A stretch of DNA of 64,000 nucleotides from Macrostomum hystrix. Taxonomy: Eukaryota > Animalia > Platyhelminthes. Below, one piece after another: positions 47,533 to 59,900 of this stretch (positions within the stretch are counted from its first letter, which is position 1; every line of letters begins with the position of its first letter). The position numbers and the translations under genes are program-made. Below the pieces are notes generated by a model. That model did no database searches. It was not told the origin of the DNA and worked only from the letters and a program-made list of their open reading frames with translations. Location: positions 2,170,001-2,234,000 of the forward strand of contig CATNEN010000005.1 of assembly GCA_950097015.1 (NCBI GenBank), in the 5' to 3' direction.

Positions 47533-48207
47533 TGGTAGGTATATATGTAGAATCGAAATGATTTCATTTTCGCTGTCAGTACTACATGCCTGTATAACAT
47601 TGGCATCCTCACTAAGCCAGTATCTGGACAGTTGATAGCAGTAATTTGCTTTCAGTAATCAGTAATTTGCTTTTAATTACTTTTCAATACTAAGTTCTTA
47701 GTTACTCAGCTGTTTAAACAGTTCAATTATATTCCGCGAATTTATTTACCGTGAAGTTGAAATTCTGGATGGTACAATTATTCTAACAGTATTTTATATT
47801 TATATTCTCGCGTACCGTCTAAAAAATACAATATTTCTCAAACATGTTTCACTCGTGAAAAAAATTAATTAATTTGGCTCGCAACTTAAATTAATTAAAC
47901 TTAAAGTCATTAAATTAAATTAGCTCAGAGTGCATTGTCTATATTATTGTCTAGTTTGTGTGGGTCAAGATATTTAATCATGCGAGCATGATTTTTATAA
48001 TCCTTAAATATAAACTCCAGAAGTTGACATAAAGCAAGCATTCTTTTTAGAATTAACAGTGGATATATATCTTTGTTATTACTTTGACCGATACATGTTC
48101 GGCAACAAAAAATTACTCGTATTTCCTGTAGTAACTAAAGGTAGAGTACATATGTGAGTGTCAGTGTCGTGGGCAAGTCCGGTCAGTTTCCAGGCACGGC
48201 GGCTGCT

Positions 48208-48423
48208 TTACTTGCCGGTAAAGCGGAAAAGGAATCGTCGCAAAAATCTAAGCCTGAACTTCTTCTCCAGTGCGAAAGCCTTCGCGTCCGCCATCTCCGG
48301 CTCGTCCAGGTCCGCCAGGGCCTCCAGCGCCTGCAGCGTCTCCGCCTCCGACATCTCCTGGCTGGGTCTGGCGACTGCCAGAGCTGCGCAGAGCAGGAGT
48401 CCGAGAACGAGTTGCCACTTCAT
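48208..48423 (-). CDS. Secreted prepro-peptide, 71 aa; predicted amidated cationic peptide FRLRFLRRFLFRFT-NH2 (candidate antimicrobial peptide or neuropeptide)
   Basis: Signal MKWQLVLGLLLCAALAVA; acidic pro-region; KK dibasic site; terminal GK amidation signal before the stop; GC-rich codon usage like neighbouring genes; upstream TATA box. Confidence 0.8.
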   Translation of the reverse strand: MKWQLVLGLLLCAALAVARPSQEMSEAETLQALEALADLDEPEMADAKAFALEKKFRLRFLRRFLFRFTGK

Positions 48424-48521
48424 GATTGTGCTGCTGATGCTGATGCTGATGCTGATGCTTGAAGCAGATTGTTGGAGATGAGAGCTTGACTTGAAGGTCC
48501 ACTCGGCCCTCAGGGGCCTGG

Positions 48522-48528
48522 TATATAT
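48522..48528 (-). promoter_or_regulatory. TATA box for the peptide gene
   Basis: Minus strand GCATATATACC about 100 nt upstream of the ATG, in GC-rich context, with TCAAGT initiator-like sequence about 30 nt downstream. Confidence 0.55.
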
Positions 48529-49129
48529 GCACTCGAAACCGGCACGTTTTTCCGGTTGTTCGAAACGCGTGAAGACCTTAAAAGACCCACCTATTGGGAC
48601 GCTTCAGTTAGGGCTCAACGCGAGCGATGGTGGGGTCAAGATCAAATTAAAATAACCAGTGTTTTGTGCCACTGTCATTAAACAGTTCTCTTCATACTTT
48701 TCTCTTATTTTCTACACCAAGTTTATGCGGCCATTACCAGCTGGCAAATCATAGATGCCTTGCTACTCTTTTTAATAAATAAACGAACAAAACACAGCTG
48801 GAGTAGTGTACCACGAAATTCAGTGTCAATTAAAAATAGACTCACGAAAGCTTGGAGGAAACCTTTAGTATATTTTACTTAATAAGTTGCATTGCAACAG
48901 ATGAAGTGAAGCGAAGTGGAGTTTCACAGGGTCTTTAAGTTGCATTCTGCGAAAGAGAAACAATGAGAAAGAAAGATCCAGAAAAATCCTGATCATTGCC
49001 AAGAAGCGCGAAGCAGCCTCGTAAAATGAGCCGAAAAAGTGAATTTGCGTTTTCCGCAAGAAAGTTAACATTTTGACATGCTATAAAACCTATTGCATTA
49101 AAATCAGCTCATTACGGTCATTCATTCTG

Positions 49130-49215
49130 GCCAGCTCATTCTGGTCATTGCATCTACGCCAGCTCATTCTGGTCATTGCATCTACGCCAGCTCATACTGG
49201 TTACTTCATCTAAGT
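49130..49215. repeat. 28-bp repeat GCCAGCTCATTCTGGTCATTGCATCTAC, about 3 copies
   Basis: Visible. Confidence 0.8.
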
Positions 49216-49852
49216 CAGCTATAACGCGTTATACTCACGCTGAGAACACGAAGAGATATAGTTAAAACATTACAAGTAAAACACAGTAAATTTGCAGTCC
49301 GATTCTATCGTCATCCTCACGTTATCTATTATCACGTTTCTATCGTCATTTCGATATGACTTTAGAGACTAAAATTCAGTGATAACGACACATAGCTCCA
49401 GCTTAGGCGGATCAGCAGCTGTGTTAAAAGGTTCTTGGTCTCCAGATTTCGAGTCACAACCACAATGCAGTACACGTGCCAGGCTATCGGATACCCCGCC
49501 CGAATATCTTCATCTCGCCGAGAAAAAATCTCAAATAACTGTCTACTGTCTTGGTCTGTTTGTGGCAGCCTAAGCCGCCTCTAGCAATAAAGATGCGACC
49601 CCAACACTTCAGTTAGGATATTCAGTCTCCACGTTTTGATGAAATGATGGTATAAGGCAGCACAGATACACAGCATAGCCGGAGAATAGTATTCTCCATC
49701 ACTCCGACTTAGCGTGGAGTCAAGTTTTATTGGGGTCGCAGTGGTTAAATGGTACTGCATATTGCGTAGCATTAAAAAGTTCGGTCGTTTTACCCAATAC
49801 TCCGCGGCACAGGTAGCAACACACTTAAAAGCAGCAGAATCCCAATACTGGG

Positions 49853-49995
49853 CAGCGTTGGGCACAATTCCGTTACTCCGATACTATCGGCGATACTTTT
49901 TGGGTATCGGATAATCGGAAGCCGATACTTTTTTTGTCAGAATCGGACTTCGGTAACTTCCGATGCAATTTTTTCAATTTCCCGATTGTCGGATA
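49853..49995. mobile_element. Probable end of a non-autonomous DNA transposon (hAT-like)
   Basis: Begins CAGCGTTGGGCA, followed by clustered CCGATAC/ATCGG subterminal motifs in both orientations; no partner TIR seen nearby. Confidence 0.35.
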
Positions 49996-50159
49996 GCTCG
50001 ATAGTTTCAATTTTATTGAAAAGCAAACAAACATTTTTTTTAAATAAAGTTAATTAAACTTTTGCACACATGTATAGTAATGATTCTCTTTAGGGCAAAA
50101 TAGTCAATTTAAAATGTGAATTTTATGTGAATGTGAATGTCCCGGTGGGACAGCTTTTC

Positions 50160-51051
50160 GGGGCGCAGGGTGATTTTCCTATACGCCCCGCTATACGCCC
50201 AGGCGCCGCCCGGGGCGCAGGATGATTTTCCTTTACGCCCCGCTATACGCCCAGGCACCGCCCGGGGCGCAGGGTGATTTTCATATACGCCCCGCTATAC
50301 GCCCAGGTGCCGCCCGGGGCGCAGGGTGATTTTCCAATACGCCCCGCTTTGCGCCCAGGCGCCGCCCGGGGCGCAGGATGATTTTCCTTTACGCCCCGCT
50401 ATACGCCCAGGCACCGCCCGGGGCGCAGGGTGATTTTCATATACGCCCCGCTATACGCCCAGGTGCCGCCCGGGGCGCAGGGTGATTTTTCTATACGCCC
50501 CGCTATACGCCCAGGTGCCGCCCGAGGCGCAGGGTGATTTTCCTATACGCCCCGCTATACGCCCAGGTGCCGCCCGGGGCGCAGGGTGATTTTTCTATAC
50601 GCCCCGCTATACGCCCAGGCGCCGCCCGGGGCGCAGGGTGATTTTCCTATACGCCCCGCTATACGCCCAGGTGCCGCCCGGGGCGCAGGGTGATTTTCCA
50701 ATACGCCCCGCTTTGCGCCCAGGCGCCGCCCGGGGCGCAGGATGATTTTCCTTTACGCCCCGCTATACGCCCAGGCACCGCCCGGGGCGCAGGGTGATTT
50801 TCCTATACGCCCCGCTATACGCCCAGGTGCCGCCCGGGGCGCAGGGTGATTTTTCTATACGCCCCGCTATACGCCCAGGCGCCGCCCGGGGCGCAGGGTG
50901 ATTTTCCTATACGCCCCGCTATACGCCCAGGTGCCGCCCGGGGCGCAGGGTGATTTTCCTATACGCCCCGCTATACGCCCAGGCGCCGCCCGGGCGCACG
51001 GTGATTTTCCTATACGCCCCGCTATACGCCCAGGCGCCGCCCGGGCGCAGG
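50160..51051. repeat. GC/CpG-rich minisatellite, 52-bp unit GGGCGCAGGGTGATTTTCCTATACGCCCCGCTATACGCCCAGGCGCCGCCCG, about 17 copies
   Basis: Visible. Confidence 0.98.
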
Positions 51052-51671
51052 GTTGTATTAACATCACTTTTTCGGTTTTTTTCTTTTCGTGTAGTACACG
51101 TGACTTGTGGTTGCAGCAAAATATTATTTCACCTTTAACATGTCTTGTTGCTCTGAAATTTGGCAATATTGTTTGCATTATTTTCGAAATTCTCTACTAA
51201 ATTTTCCAACTTTTTTTTTCGTATGCGAAACCAAGCAAGCAACCATTTTATTTTTAGTATATAAGATTAATTCGCCATGTGCTACTATTAGTAGAAACGA
51301 TAGGATACTGTTTCAGTCATATCCTATAGCTCATTCCTTCCGAAAGACCTGTACATGTAGACTGCAATTACAACTCTGCATGACAACTTAGTGTAATAGC
51401 TAGCCAGTATATAAAACATGGTTGCTTCTAAATTTCTGTTTCCTCTACATTTATCATAGAGTACAGGGACTCAAAATTCGTCGAGATCAATCAGGATTAA
51501 GGGTGGTCCCGAAATCGATTCCGTGCCTTCCCTAGATTCCCTAGATTCCCTAGATTAGTAGGGTGAGAGGGAGATCAGTAGGGTGTGAGGGAGAGCAGTT
51601 GAATGAGAGGAAGTGTGGTAGTGAGATGCAGTAGATTTCGCAGTTATCCGAGTTGCATTGCATTTAAGATT

Positions 51672-52013
51672 CTCATCCTGGATTCTCATTTTATATTCTC
51701 ATTTTGTATTCTCATTTTGTATTTTCATTTTATATTCTCATTTTGTATTCTCATTTTATATTCTCATTTTGTATTTTCCTTTTATATTCTCATTTTGTAT
51801 TCTCATTTTACATTCTCATTTTGTATTTTCATTTTATATTCTCATTTTGTATTCTCATTTTATATTCTCATTTTGTATTTTCATTTTATATTCTCATTTT
51901 GTATTCTCATTTTATATTCTCATTTTGTATTTTCATTTTATATTCTCATTTTGTATTCTCATTTTATATTCTCATTTTGTATTTTCATTTTATATTCTCA
52001 TTTTGTATTCTCA
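51672..52013. repeat. 13-bp repeat TATTCTCATTTT(A/G)
   Basis: Visible. Confidence 0.95.
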
Positions 52014-52029
52014 TGCTAGTTTTCACTTA

Positions 52030-53311
52030 AATTCTCATCCTAGATTATCATCCTAGATTCTCATCCTAGATTCTCATCCTAGATTCTCATCCTAGATTCT
52101 CATCCTAGATTCTCATCCTAGATTCTCATCCTAGATTCTCATCCTAGATTCTCATCCTAGATTCTCATCCTAGATTATCATCCTAGATTCTCATTCTAGA
52201 TTATCATCCTAGATTCTCATTCTAGATTATCATCCTAGATTCTTATCCTAGATTCTCATTCTAGATTCTCATTCTAGATTCTCATCCTAGATTCTCATTC
52301 TAGATTATCATCCTAGATTCTCATCCTAGATTATCATCCTAGATTCTCATTCTAGATTATCATCCTAGATTCTCATCCTAGATTCTCATTCTAGATTCTC
52401 ATTCTAGATTCTCATTCTAGATTAATCATCCTAGATTCTCATCCTAGATTCTCATCCTAGATTCTCATCCTAGATTCTCATTCTAGATTCTCATTCTAGA
52501 TTAATCATCCTAGATTATCATCCTAGATTCTCATCCTAGATTCTCATTCTAGATTCTCATTCTAGATTCTCATTCTAGATTCTCATTCTAGATTAATCAT
52601 CCTAGATTCTCATCCTAGATTCTCATCCTAGATTCTCATCCTAGATTCTCATTCTAGATTCTCATTCTAGATTAATCATCCTAGATTCTCATCCTAGATT
52701 ATCATCCTAGATTCTCATTCTAGATTATCATCCTAGATTATCATCCTAGATTCTTATCCTAGATTCTCATTCTAGATTCTCATTCTAGATTCTCATCCTA
52801 GATTCTCATCCTAGATTATCATCCTAGATTCCTATTCTAGATTATCATCCTAGATTATCATCCTAGATTCTTATCCTAGATTCTCATTCTAGATTCTCAT
52901 TCTAGATTCTCATTCTAGATTCTCATTCTAGATTAATCATCCTAGATTCTCATCCTAGATTCTCATCCTAGATTCTCATTCTAGATTCTCATCCTAGAAT
53001 CTCATCCTAGATTCTCATCCAAGATTCTCATTCTAGATTATCATCCTAGATTCTCATCCTAGATTCTCATCCTAGATTCTCATCCTAGATTCTCATCCTA
53101 GATTCTCATTCTAGATTATCATCCTAGATTCTCATTCTAGATTTTCATCCTAGATTCTCATTCTAGATTTTCATCCTAGATTCTCATTCTAGATTCTCAT
53201 CCTAGATTCTCATTCTAGATTCTCATCCTAGATTCTCATCCTAGATTCTCATTCTAGATTCTCATTCTAGATTCTCATTCTAGATTATCATCCTAGATTC
53301 TCATCCTAGAT
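52030..53311. repeat. 13-bp repeat GATTCTCAT(C/T)CTA
   Basis: Visible. Confidence 0.98.
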
Positions 53312-54182
53312 TGGAAATACTAAAACAGAAACCAAAACTCGAAGTGCTATACAACCAGAAGATATTCCTAGAATACTCAATCTCACACTGGTGCCTGATA
53401 GAATGCAACGCAATAGGATGACACCTTGTGATTCTCTGCCTCCAAGAAAATGTATTGATGTGTAATAATCGACATCGATACTTCTTAGAAGCTGAATTGT
53501 AGCTGTAAGACTCAATTACAGTAACATCTTAGCAATATAAATTTAAATAGGTGCTTTAATTGTGTTCTTGGACGAAATTTAGAAGATAAAAGACAATGCC
53601 TAGTCGAATCCGTAAAACACACAGAGTAATCAGCATTAAAAGTTTGAAATATCAAACTGCAACTGCAAACATACGAGTACTAGCAGTCAGCGGACCAGCA
53701 TTTCAACTTTTTCAGAATTTCTATACTACTGACAGTCTGCGGCCATCCGCCACACCACCCCAACCCAGCCAACCATTGGCCAATCACGGCGCAACTGAGG
53801 GAAGGCAGCCTTGGGGCAAGAGCCAATCAGCGCGCGGTAAACACGCGATTAGGACAATAACAAATGACGCAATGATGACACGATGAGGCGCAATGGGCAT
53901 TGTATTCAGTAGTAATGCTTAAACAGGACTGCAAAGTGTACGAACACAACACAAGCAACTCTGCCCAACTAATTTGTTATAGATCTCCTTTCTCTCTGCA
54001 TCTCCAGTCTCTCTCTGTCTGTTCAGTTTCTTATCTCTTTCCTCACCTCCTTTATATTGTTTATTAGGCTCACAGACATTAACATGCTCATAAAAGACAG
54101 ATTTCATCAAGTATTCCCATTTTTAATTGTTTACTGGTTCAAGTGAATCAAATCGTTGTTTTAGTCCAAATTCAAGCTGCAG

Positions 54183-55325
54183 TCAGGCAATCAAGATTTC
54201 AAACTCTTTCATTGAGTAATGAAAGCCAAATGGAGCATGCCACACAATGCCCGTTGCATAATCAGAAGTGTGCAACGCATTGGGTGGGTAAAAATAAATT
54301 CCATTCGGGTTTGTGGCATGGCACTCCTTGTACCACCAACCACCATTGTATGACCGAGCGCAGTTGTAAATTAGGCTCATGTCATTGTCATCATTGAACG
54401 TAGAAAACATCATTCCATTGGAAATAACCATTGAGTCTCCAATAGCTGGATGGCTCGCGGAGAAGCCGCTAACGCTGAGTCGGAATTTTTCGCCATCGCT
54501 GGCCACGGAGAAGCTGGAGTAGTCAGCCCAGAACTCCGTGTCATTCCACAGCCTCATTCGAATGCGAAGCGCTCGACCAGACGGCCAGGTGAGAGAGAAC
54601 AGTGCCTGCAAACCTGTGAAAAATTGAGCACTGCAGCTCAGGACTCAGTCAATGACCTCAGTGAGCATTGGATCTGGTTGAATTGAGGTCTCACCGATCC
54701 AGTGGTTGGTGTGGGGTCCTTCTCCAAAGCCCGCTGCGTACTCGCTCCAGTTGCGATAGAAGTCCGTGGAGTTGTCCACCCGACGTTGGACGCTGATCCA
54801 GCAGTCGCTGAGTGACGTCACGAACACCTGGATGGTTGCAGCAAAATTCAGGAGTCTTAGACCATGCAAATCATCGACACAGCAACCACTGGACGGCAAG
54901 TCTAGTCAATCATTAACGTTTCAACTCACCCGGATGCAGCACGGAGACTGCGGAGTTCGTGTCGTCAGTCTGCGACACGGAGTGCCACCTCGGTTTGCTG
55001 GAAATATTTAAAAGTGCATACATGAATATGTACGCCTTTCAAAAGTACATTATAAGCAGCACTCACCCAGGATGCACTGCGGCTGCTGACTGGCGTCTCC
55101 TCCGATGAAGACCAGCAGCTGGTCAGTGAGCAGGTGCTTGGCAGCGAGTGCAGCGCACTCCAGCACATCGCTGGCTTGGCTGACGAAGGAGAGAGCGAAC
55201 TGGCGAACTCGACCGTCACCCGACCAGCTGCTGCTGTGCACCTCGAATAACTGCCGATCCGAGCCACTCACCGACGCTGCACTGACTGCAGCGCAGGAGA
55301 GCAGCACTGCAACAGAGAGTTGCAT
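54183..55325 (-). CDS. Secreted fibrinogen-related domain protein, paralog B
   Basis: Signal MQLSVAVLLSCAAVSA. Simplest in-frame exons 55325-55067, 54901-54695, 54613-54183. Same FReD motifs as paralog A (NGMMFSTFNDDND, CARSYNGGWWYKECHATNPNG). Confidence 0.9.
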
Positions 55326-55914
55326 GACAATGTATACAAACTTAGCAGCTATAGCTGTTTCAGTATGCAAAAGATGCGCGTTTTGGCAGAAATAAAGAGC
55401 CAATTTAATCTGCAACTTCCAATTTATTGCAATTCCAATTATTCCAATTTAGTCCTCTACTGTTGGGTTATCCTCGCGTAACAGCTGCTTTTTAGAGCTC
55501 CTATAGATGTAGCGTAAAATTTAAATTCCTTTTTAATTTGTTAATCGCATGCAGCTTCTGCTTCTGCTAGCGTAAATAATTTATTTTATGCTGCTGGCAA
55601 AATATCATTGTCAAACATAAAACATGTTGACTGGCCAGTGGTACCATCTCTCTTGACAATGGGTCTTTTGCTAGGCTATTTTTGGAAACACGTAACGCTC
55701 GGTAGACGGTTTTAAGGCTGTGCAAATATAAAATATTTAATGTACTTCTTTTTTGAGTTTATGCAAATAACCGTTACTGAAAAATGTTTCCTTTACTTGA
55801 CTAAAAGTTTAACTGACCGTAGATGTTGTTATACTTTATTCAACGCAGTAGGTCTTCATCTTCACAATTTGACTCTATTTTTGCGAAGAGCTCTCTTTAA
55901 CTGTATTGCATCGA

Positions 55915-56282
55915 ATTTCAGAACGTCCTCCTACCATTCCTTGCAGCATTTCATCGAATGTCAAGGACCTCCTCCTACCATTCCTTGCAGCATTTCATCG
56001 AACGTCAAGGACCTCCTCCTACCATTCCTTGCAGAACTTCATCGAATGTCAAGGACCTCCTCCTACCATTCCTTGCAGAGCTTCATCGAATGTCAAGGAC
56101 CACCTCCTACCATTCCTTGCAGCATTTCATCGAACGTCAAGGACCTCCTCCTACCATTCCTTGCAGAACTTCATCGAATGTCAAGGACCTCCTCCTACCA
56201 TTCCTTGCAGAGCTTCATCGAATGTCAAGGACCTCCTCCTACCATTCCTTGCAGAACTTCATCGAATGTCAAGGACCTCCGA
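55915..56282. repeat. 44-bp repeat CCTCCTCCTACCATTCCTTGCAGAACTTCATCGAATGTCAAGGA, about 8 copies
   Basis: Visible. Confidence 0.97.
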
Positions 56283-56942
56283 CATCGTTTTTGCTGACAT
56301 ATCTTTGCCACTCATCGAAGAAAGAAATTAACAAACAGATAATTTGCACATGTTTGAATTAAAAAACGGCCTTTTGGAATAGACAACATGAGCAACGAGA
56401 ATGCTGATAATCAGTTTTTTATATTTCAATCGCATTATGAAAAATCTAATTTTACATTGCATATCAATTCACATGTTAAAGGAAAATATACAATTGATGA
56501 AATAATAACAAAAAAACAGCTGAATAAGATCTATAAAAATATATCTGTGGTTCTTAGATCTTCAGGTTTAAGGCAGCATGAAAGTATTTAGATACGCTCG
56601 TATGATGCCTTGTAATGATGCTTGGTAAGTAGACACTTAGCAAACATTTCTGATTAAACTCTAAGAAAAAAACTCAGATTTGTCATTGAAAAAAATTGAG
56701 AATCAAGCAAGGCAAATCACTAACCTTTACCTATCAGTCTATCTACAATGGTTAGAGAAACATCGGTTTATGCAGTTTTCTAATTGGCATGATAATTTCA
56801 AGTAATTGAAAGCATAGTTTGTGAGATCATTAACGCCAAAATGAAAGGAAAATTTTAATCAAACAACGATTCCGGTGCTGTTGTTGGCGACAAGTTTACC
56901 GCAGTGGCGCCAATGCTACTACTGACAGTACTCTTTGTTGGT

Positions 56943-59900
56943 TCAATAGTGGAATTGTTTAGGCGCAATTGTAGCCGGACTAGGTGTTGTTGGAACTACA
57001 GTGTTGGAACAGTTGACAATCTGTACAACAGACAGGGTAGCTTCCTCTCTGTGGTCCAACATGTAGCTGGATGTCACGGCGAAATTGAATCGCAAGTAGA
57101 TCAGATTGTCATCCAAGGCAAGAGAGCAAAACCGCCTGGAAGGATGGTTGGAGCGTTTGAGGATCTGGGATGGTTGGAGCGTTTGAGGCTCTGGGACGGT
57201 TGGAGCGTTTGAGGCTCTGGGATGGTTGGAGCGTTTGAGGATCTGGGATGGTTGGAGCGTTTGAGGCTCTGGGACGGTTGGAGCGTTTGAGGCTCTGGGA
57301 TGGTTGGAGCGTTTGAGGATCTGGGATGGTTGGAGCGTTTGAGGCTCTGGGACGGTTGGAGCGTTTGAGGCTCTGGGACGGTTGGAGCGTTTGAGGATCT
57401 GGGACGGTTGGAGCGTTTGAGGATCTGGGACGGTTGGAGCGTTTGAGGCTCTGGGACGGTTGGATCATTTGAGGATCTGGGACGGTTGGAGCGTTTGAGG
57501 ATCTGGGATGGTTGGAGCGTTTGAGGCTCTGGGACGGTTGGAGCGTTTGAGGCTCTGGGACGGTTGGAGCGTTTGAGGATCTGTGACGGTTGGAGCGTTT
57601 GAGGATCTGTGACGGTTGGAGCGTTCGAGGCTCTGGGACGGTTGGAGCGTTTGAGGATCTGGGATGGTTGGAGCGTTTGAGGCTCTGGGACGGTTGGAGC
57701 GTTTGAGGATCTGGGATGGTTGGATCATTTGAGGATCTGGGATGGTTGGAGCGTTTGAAGATCTGGTATGGTTGGATCATTTGAGGATCTGGGATGGTTG
57801 GAGCGTTTGAGGCTCTGGGACGGTTGGAGCGTTTGAGGCTCTGGGACGGTTGGAGCGTTTGAGGATCTGGGACGGTTGGAGCATTTGAGGCTCTGGGACG
57901 GTTGGAGCGTTTGAGGATCTGAGATGGTTGGATCATATGAGGATCTGGGATGGTTGGAGCGTTTGAGGCTCTGGGACGGTTGGAGCGTTTGGGGATCTGG
58001 GATGGTGGGAGCGTTTGAGGATCTGGGATGGTGGGAGCGTTTGAGGATCTGGGATGGTGGGAGCGTTTGAGGATCTGGGATGGTTGGAGCGTTTGAGGCT
58101 CTGGGACGGTTGGAGCGTTTGAGGATCTGGGATGGTTGGAGCGTTTGAGGATCTGTGACGGTTGGAGCGTTTGAGGATCTGGGAGGTTGGAGCGTTTGAG
58201 GCTCTGGGACGGTTGGAGCGTTTGAGGATCTGGGACGGTTGGAGCGTTTGAGGATCTGGGATGGTTGGATCATTTGAGGATCTGGGATGGTTGGAGCGTT
58301 TGAGGATCTGGGATGGTTGGATCATTTGAGGATCTGGGATGGTTGGAGCGTTTGAGGCTCTGGGACGGTTGGAGCGTTTGAGGCTCTGGGACGGTTGGAG
58401 CGTTTGAGGATCTGGGACGGTTGGAGCATTTGAGGCTCTGGGACGGTTGGAGCGTTTGAGGATCTGAGATGGTTGGATCATATGAGGATCTGGGATGGTT
58501 GGAGCGTTTGAGGCTCTGGGACGGTTGGAGCGTTTGGGGATCTGGGATGGTGGGAGCGTTTGAGGATCTGGGATGGTGGGAGCGTTTGAGGATCTGGGAT
58601 GGTGGGAGCGTTTGAGGATCTGGGATGGTTGGAGCGTTTGAGGATCTGGGATGGTTGGAGCGTTTGAGGATCTGGGATGGTTGGATCATTTGAGGATCTG
58701 GGATGGTTGGAGCGTTTGAGGATCTGGGATGGTTGGATCATTTGAGGATCTGGGATGGTTGGAGCGTTTGAGGATCTGGGATGGTTGGAGCGTTTGAGGA
58801 TCTGGGATGGTTGGATCATTTGAGGATCTGGGATGGTTGGATCATTTGAGGATCTGGGATGGTTGGAGCGTTTGAGGCTCTGGGACGGTTGGAGCGTTTG
58901 AGGATCTGAGATGGTTGGATCATATGAGGATCTGGGATGGTTGGAGCGTTTGAGGCTCTGGGACGGTTGGAGCGTTTGGGGATCTGGGATGGTGGGAGCG
59001 TTTGAGGATCTGGGATGGTGGGAGCGTTTGAGGATCTGGGATGGTGGGAGCGTTTGAGGATCTGGGATGGTTGGAGCGTTTGAGGATCTGGGATGGTTGG
59101 AGCGTTTGAGGATCTGGGATGGTTGGATCATTTGAGGATCTGGGATGGTTGGAGCGTTTGAGGATCTGGGATGGTTGGATCATTTGAGGATCTGGGATGG
59201 TTGGAGCGTTTGAGGATCTGGGATGGTTGGAGCGTTTGAGGATCTGGGATGGTTGGATCATTTGAGGATCTGGGATGGTTGGATCATTTGAGGATCTGGG
59301 ATGGTTGGAGCGTTTGAGGCTCTGGGACGGTTGGAGCGTTTGAGGATCTGGGACGGTTGGAGCGTTTGAGGATCTGGGATGGTTGGATCATTTGAGGATC
59401 TGGGATGGTTGGATCATTTGAGGATCTGGGATGGTTGGAGCGTTTGAGGATCTGGGATGGTTGGAGCGTTTGAGGCTCTGGGACGGTTGGAGCGTTTGAG
59501 GCTCTGGGACGGTTGGAGCATTTGAGGCTCTGGGACGGTTGGAGCGTTTGAGGATCTGAGATGGTTGGATCATATGAGGATCTGGGATGGTTGGAGCGTT
59601 TGAGGCTCTGGGACGGTTGGAGCGTTTGGGGATCTGGGATGGTGGGAGCGTTTGAGGATCTGGGATGGTGGGAGCGTTTGAGGATCTGGGATGGTGGGAG
59701 CGTTTGAGGATCTGGGATGGTTGGAGCGTTTGAGGCTCTGGGACGGTTGGAGCGTTTGAGGATCTGGGACGGTTGGAGCGTTTGAGGATCTGTGACGGTT
59801 GGAGCGTTTGAGGATCTGGGATGGTTGGAGCGTTTGAGGCTCTGGGACGGTTGGAGCGTTTGAGGATCTGAGACGGTTGGAGCGTTTGAGGATCTGGGAT

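Noticed and set aside
49581-49914. Overlapping ORFs possibly from a decayed transposase
   Set aside because: Only vague resemblance to a hAT C-terminal region; no motif I can support without a profile search.
51498-51560. TTAAGGGTGGTCCC as a possible Kolobok/piggyBac terminus, plus TTCCCTAGA x3
   Set aside because: No matching opposite terminus or second TTAA site identified.
51603-52056. Hydrophobic FSFCILILYSH ORFs
   Set aside because: Translations of the 13-bp AT-rich repeat.
39500-55570. Shared short motif CATGCAGCTTCTGCT near 39545 and 55549 with loosely similar upstream sequence
   Set aside because: Too short and degenerate to define an element by eye; probably an old dispersed repeat.
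55740-56362. Cys/His/Pro repeat ORFs
   Set aside because: 44-bp repeat (not a multiple of 3) cycling through frames.
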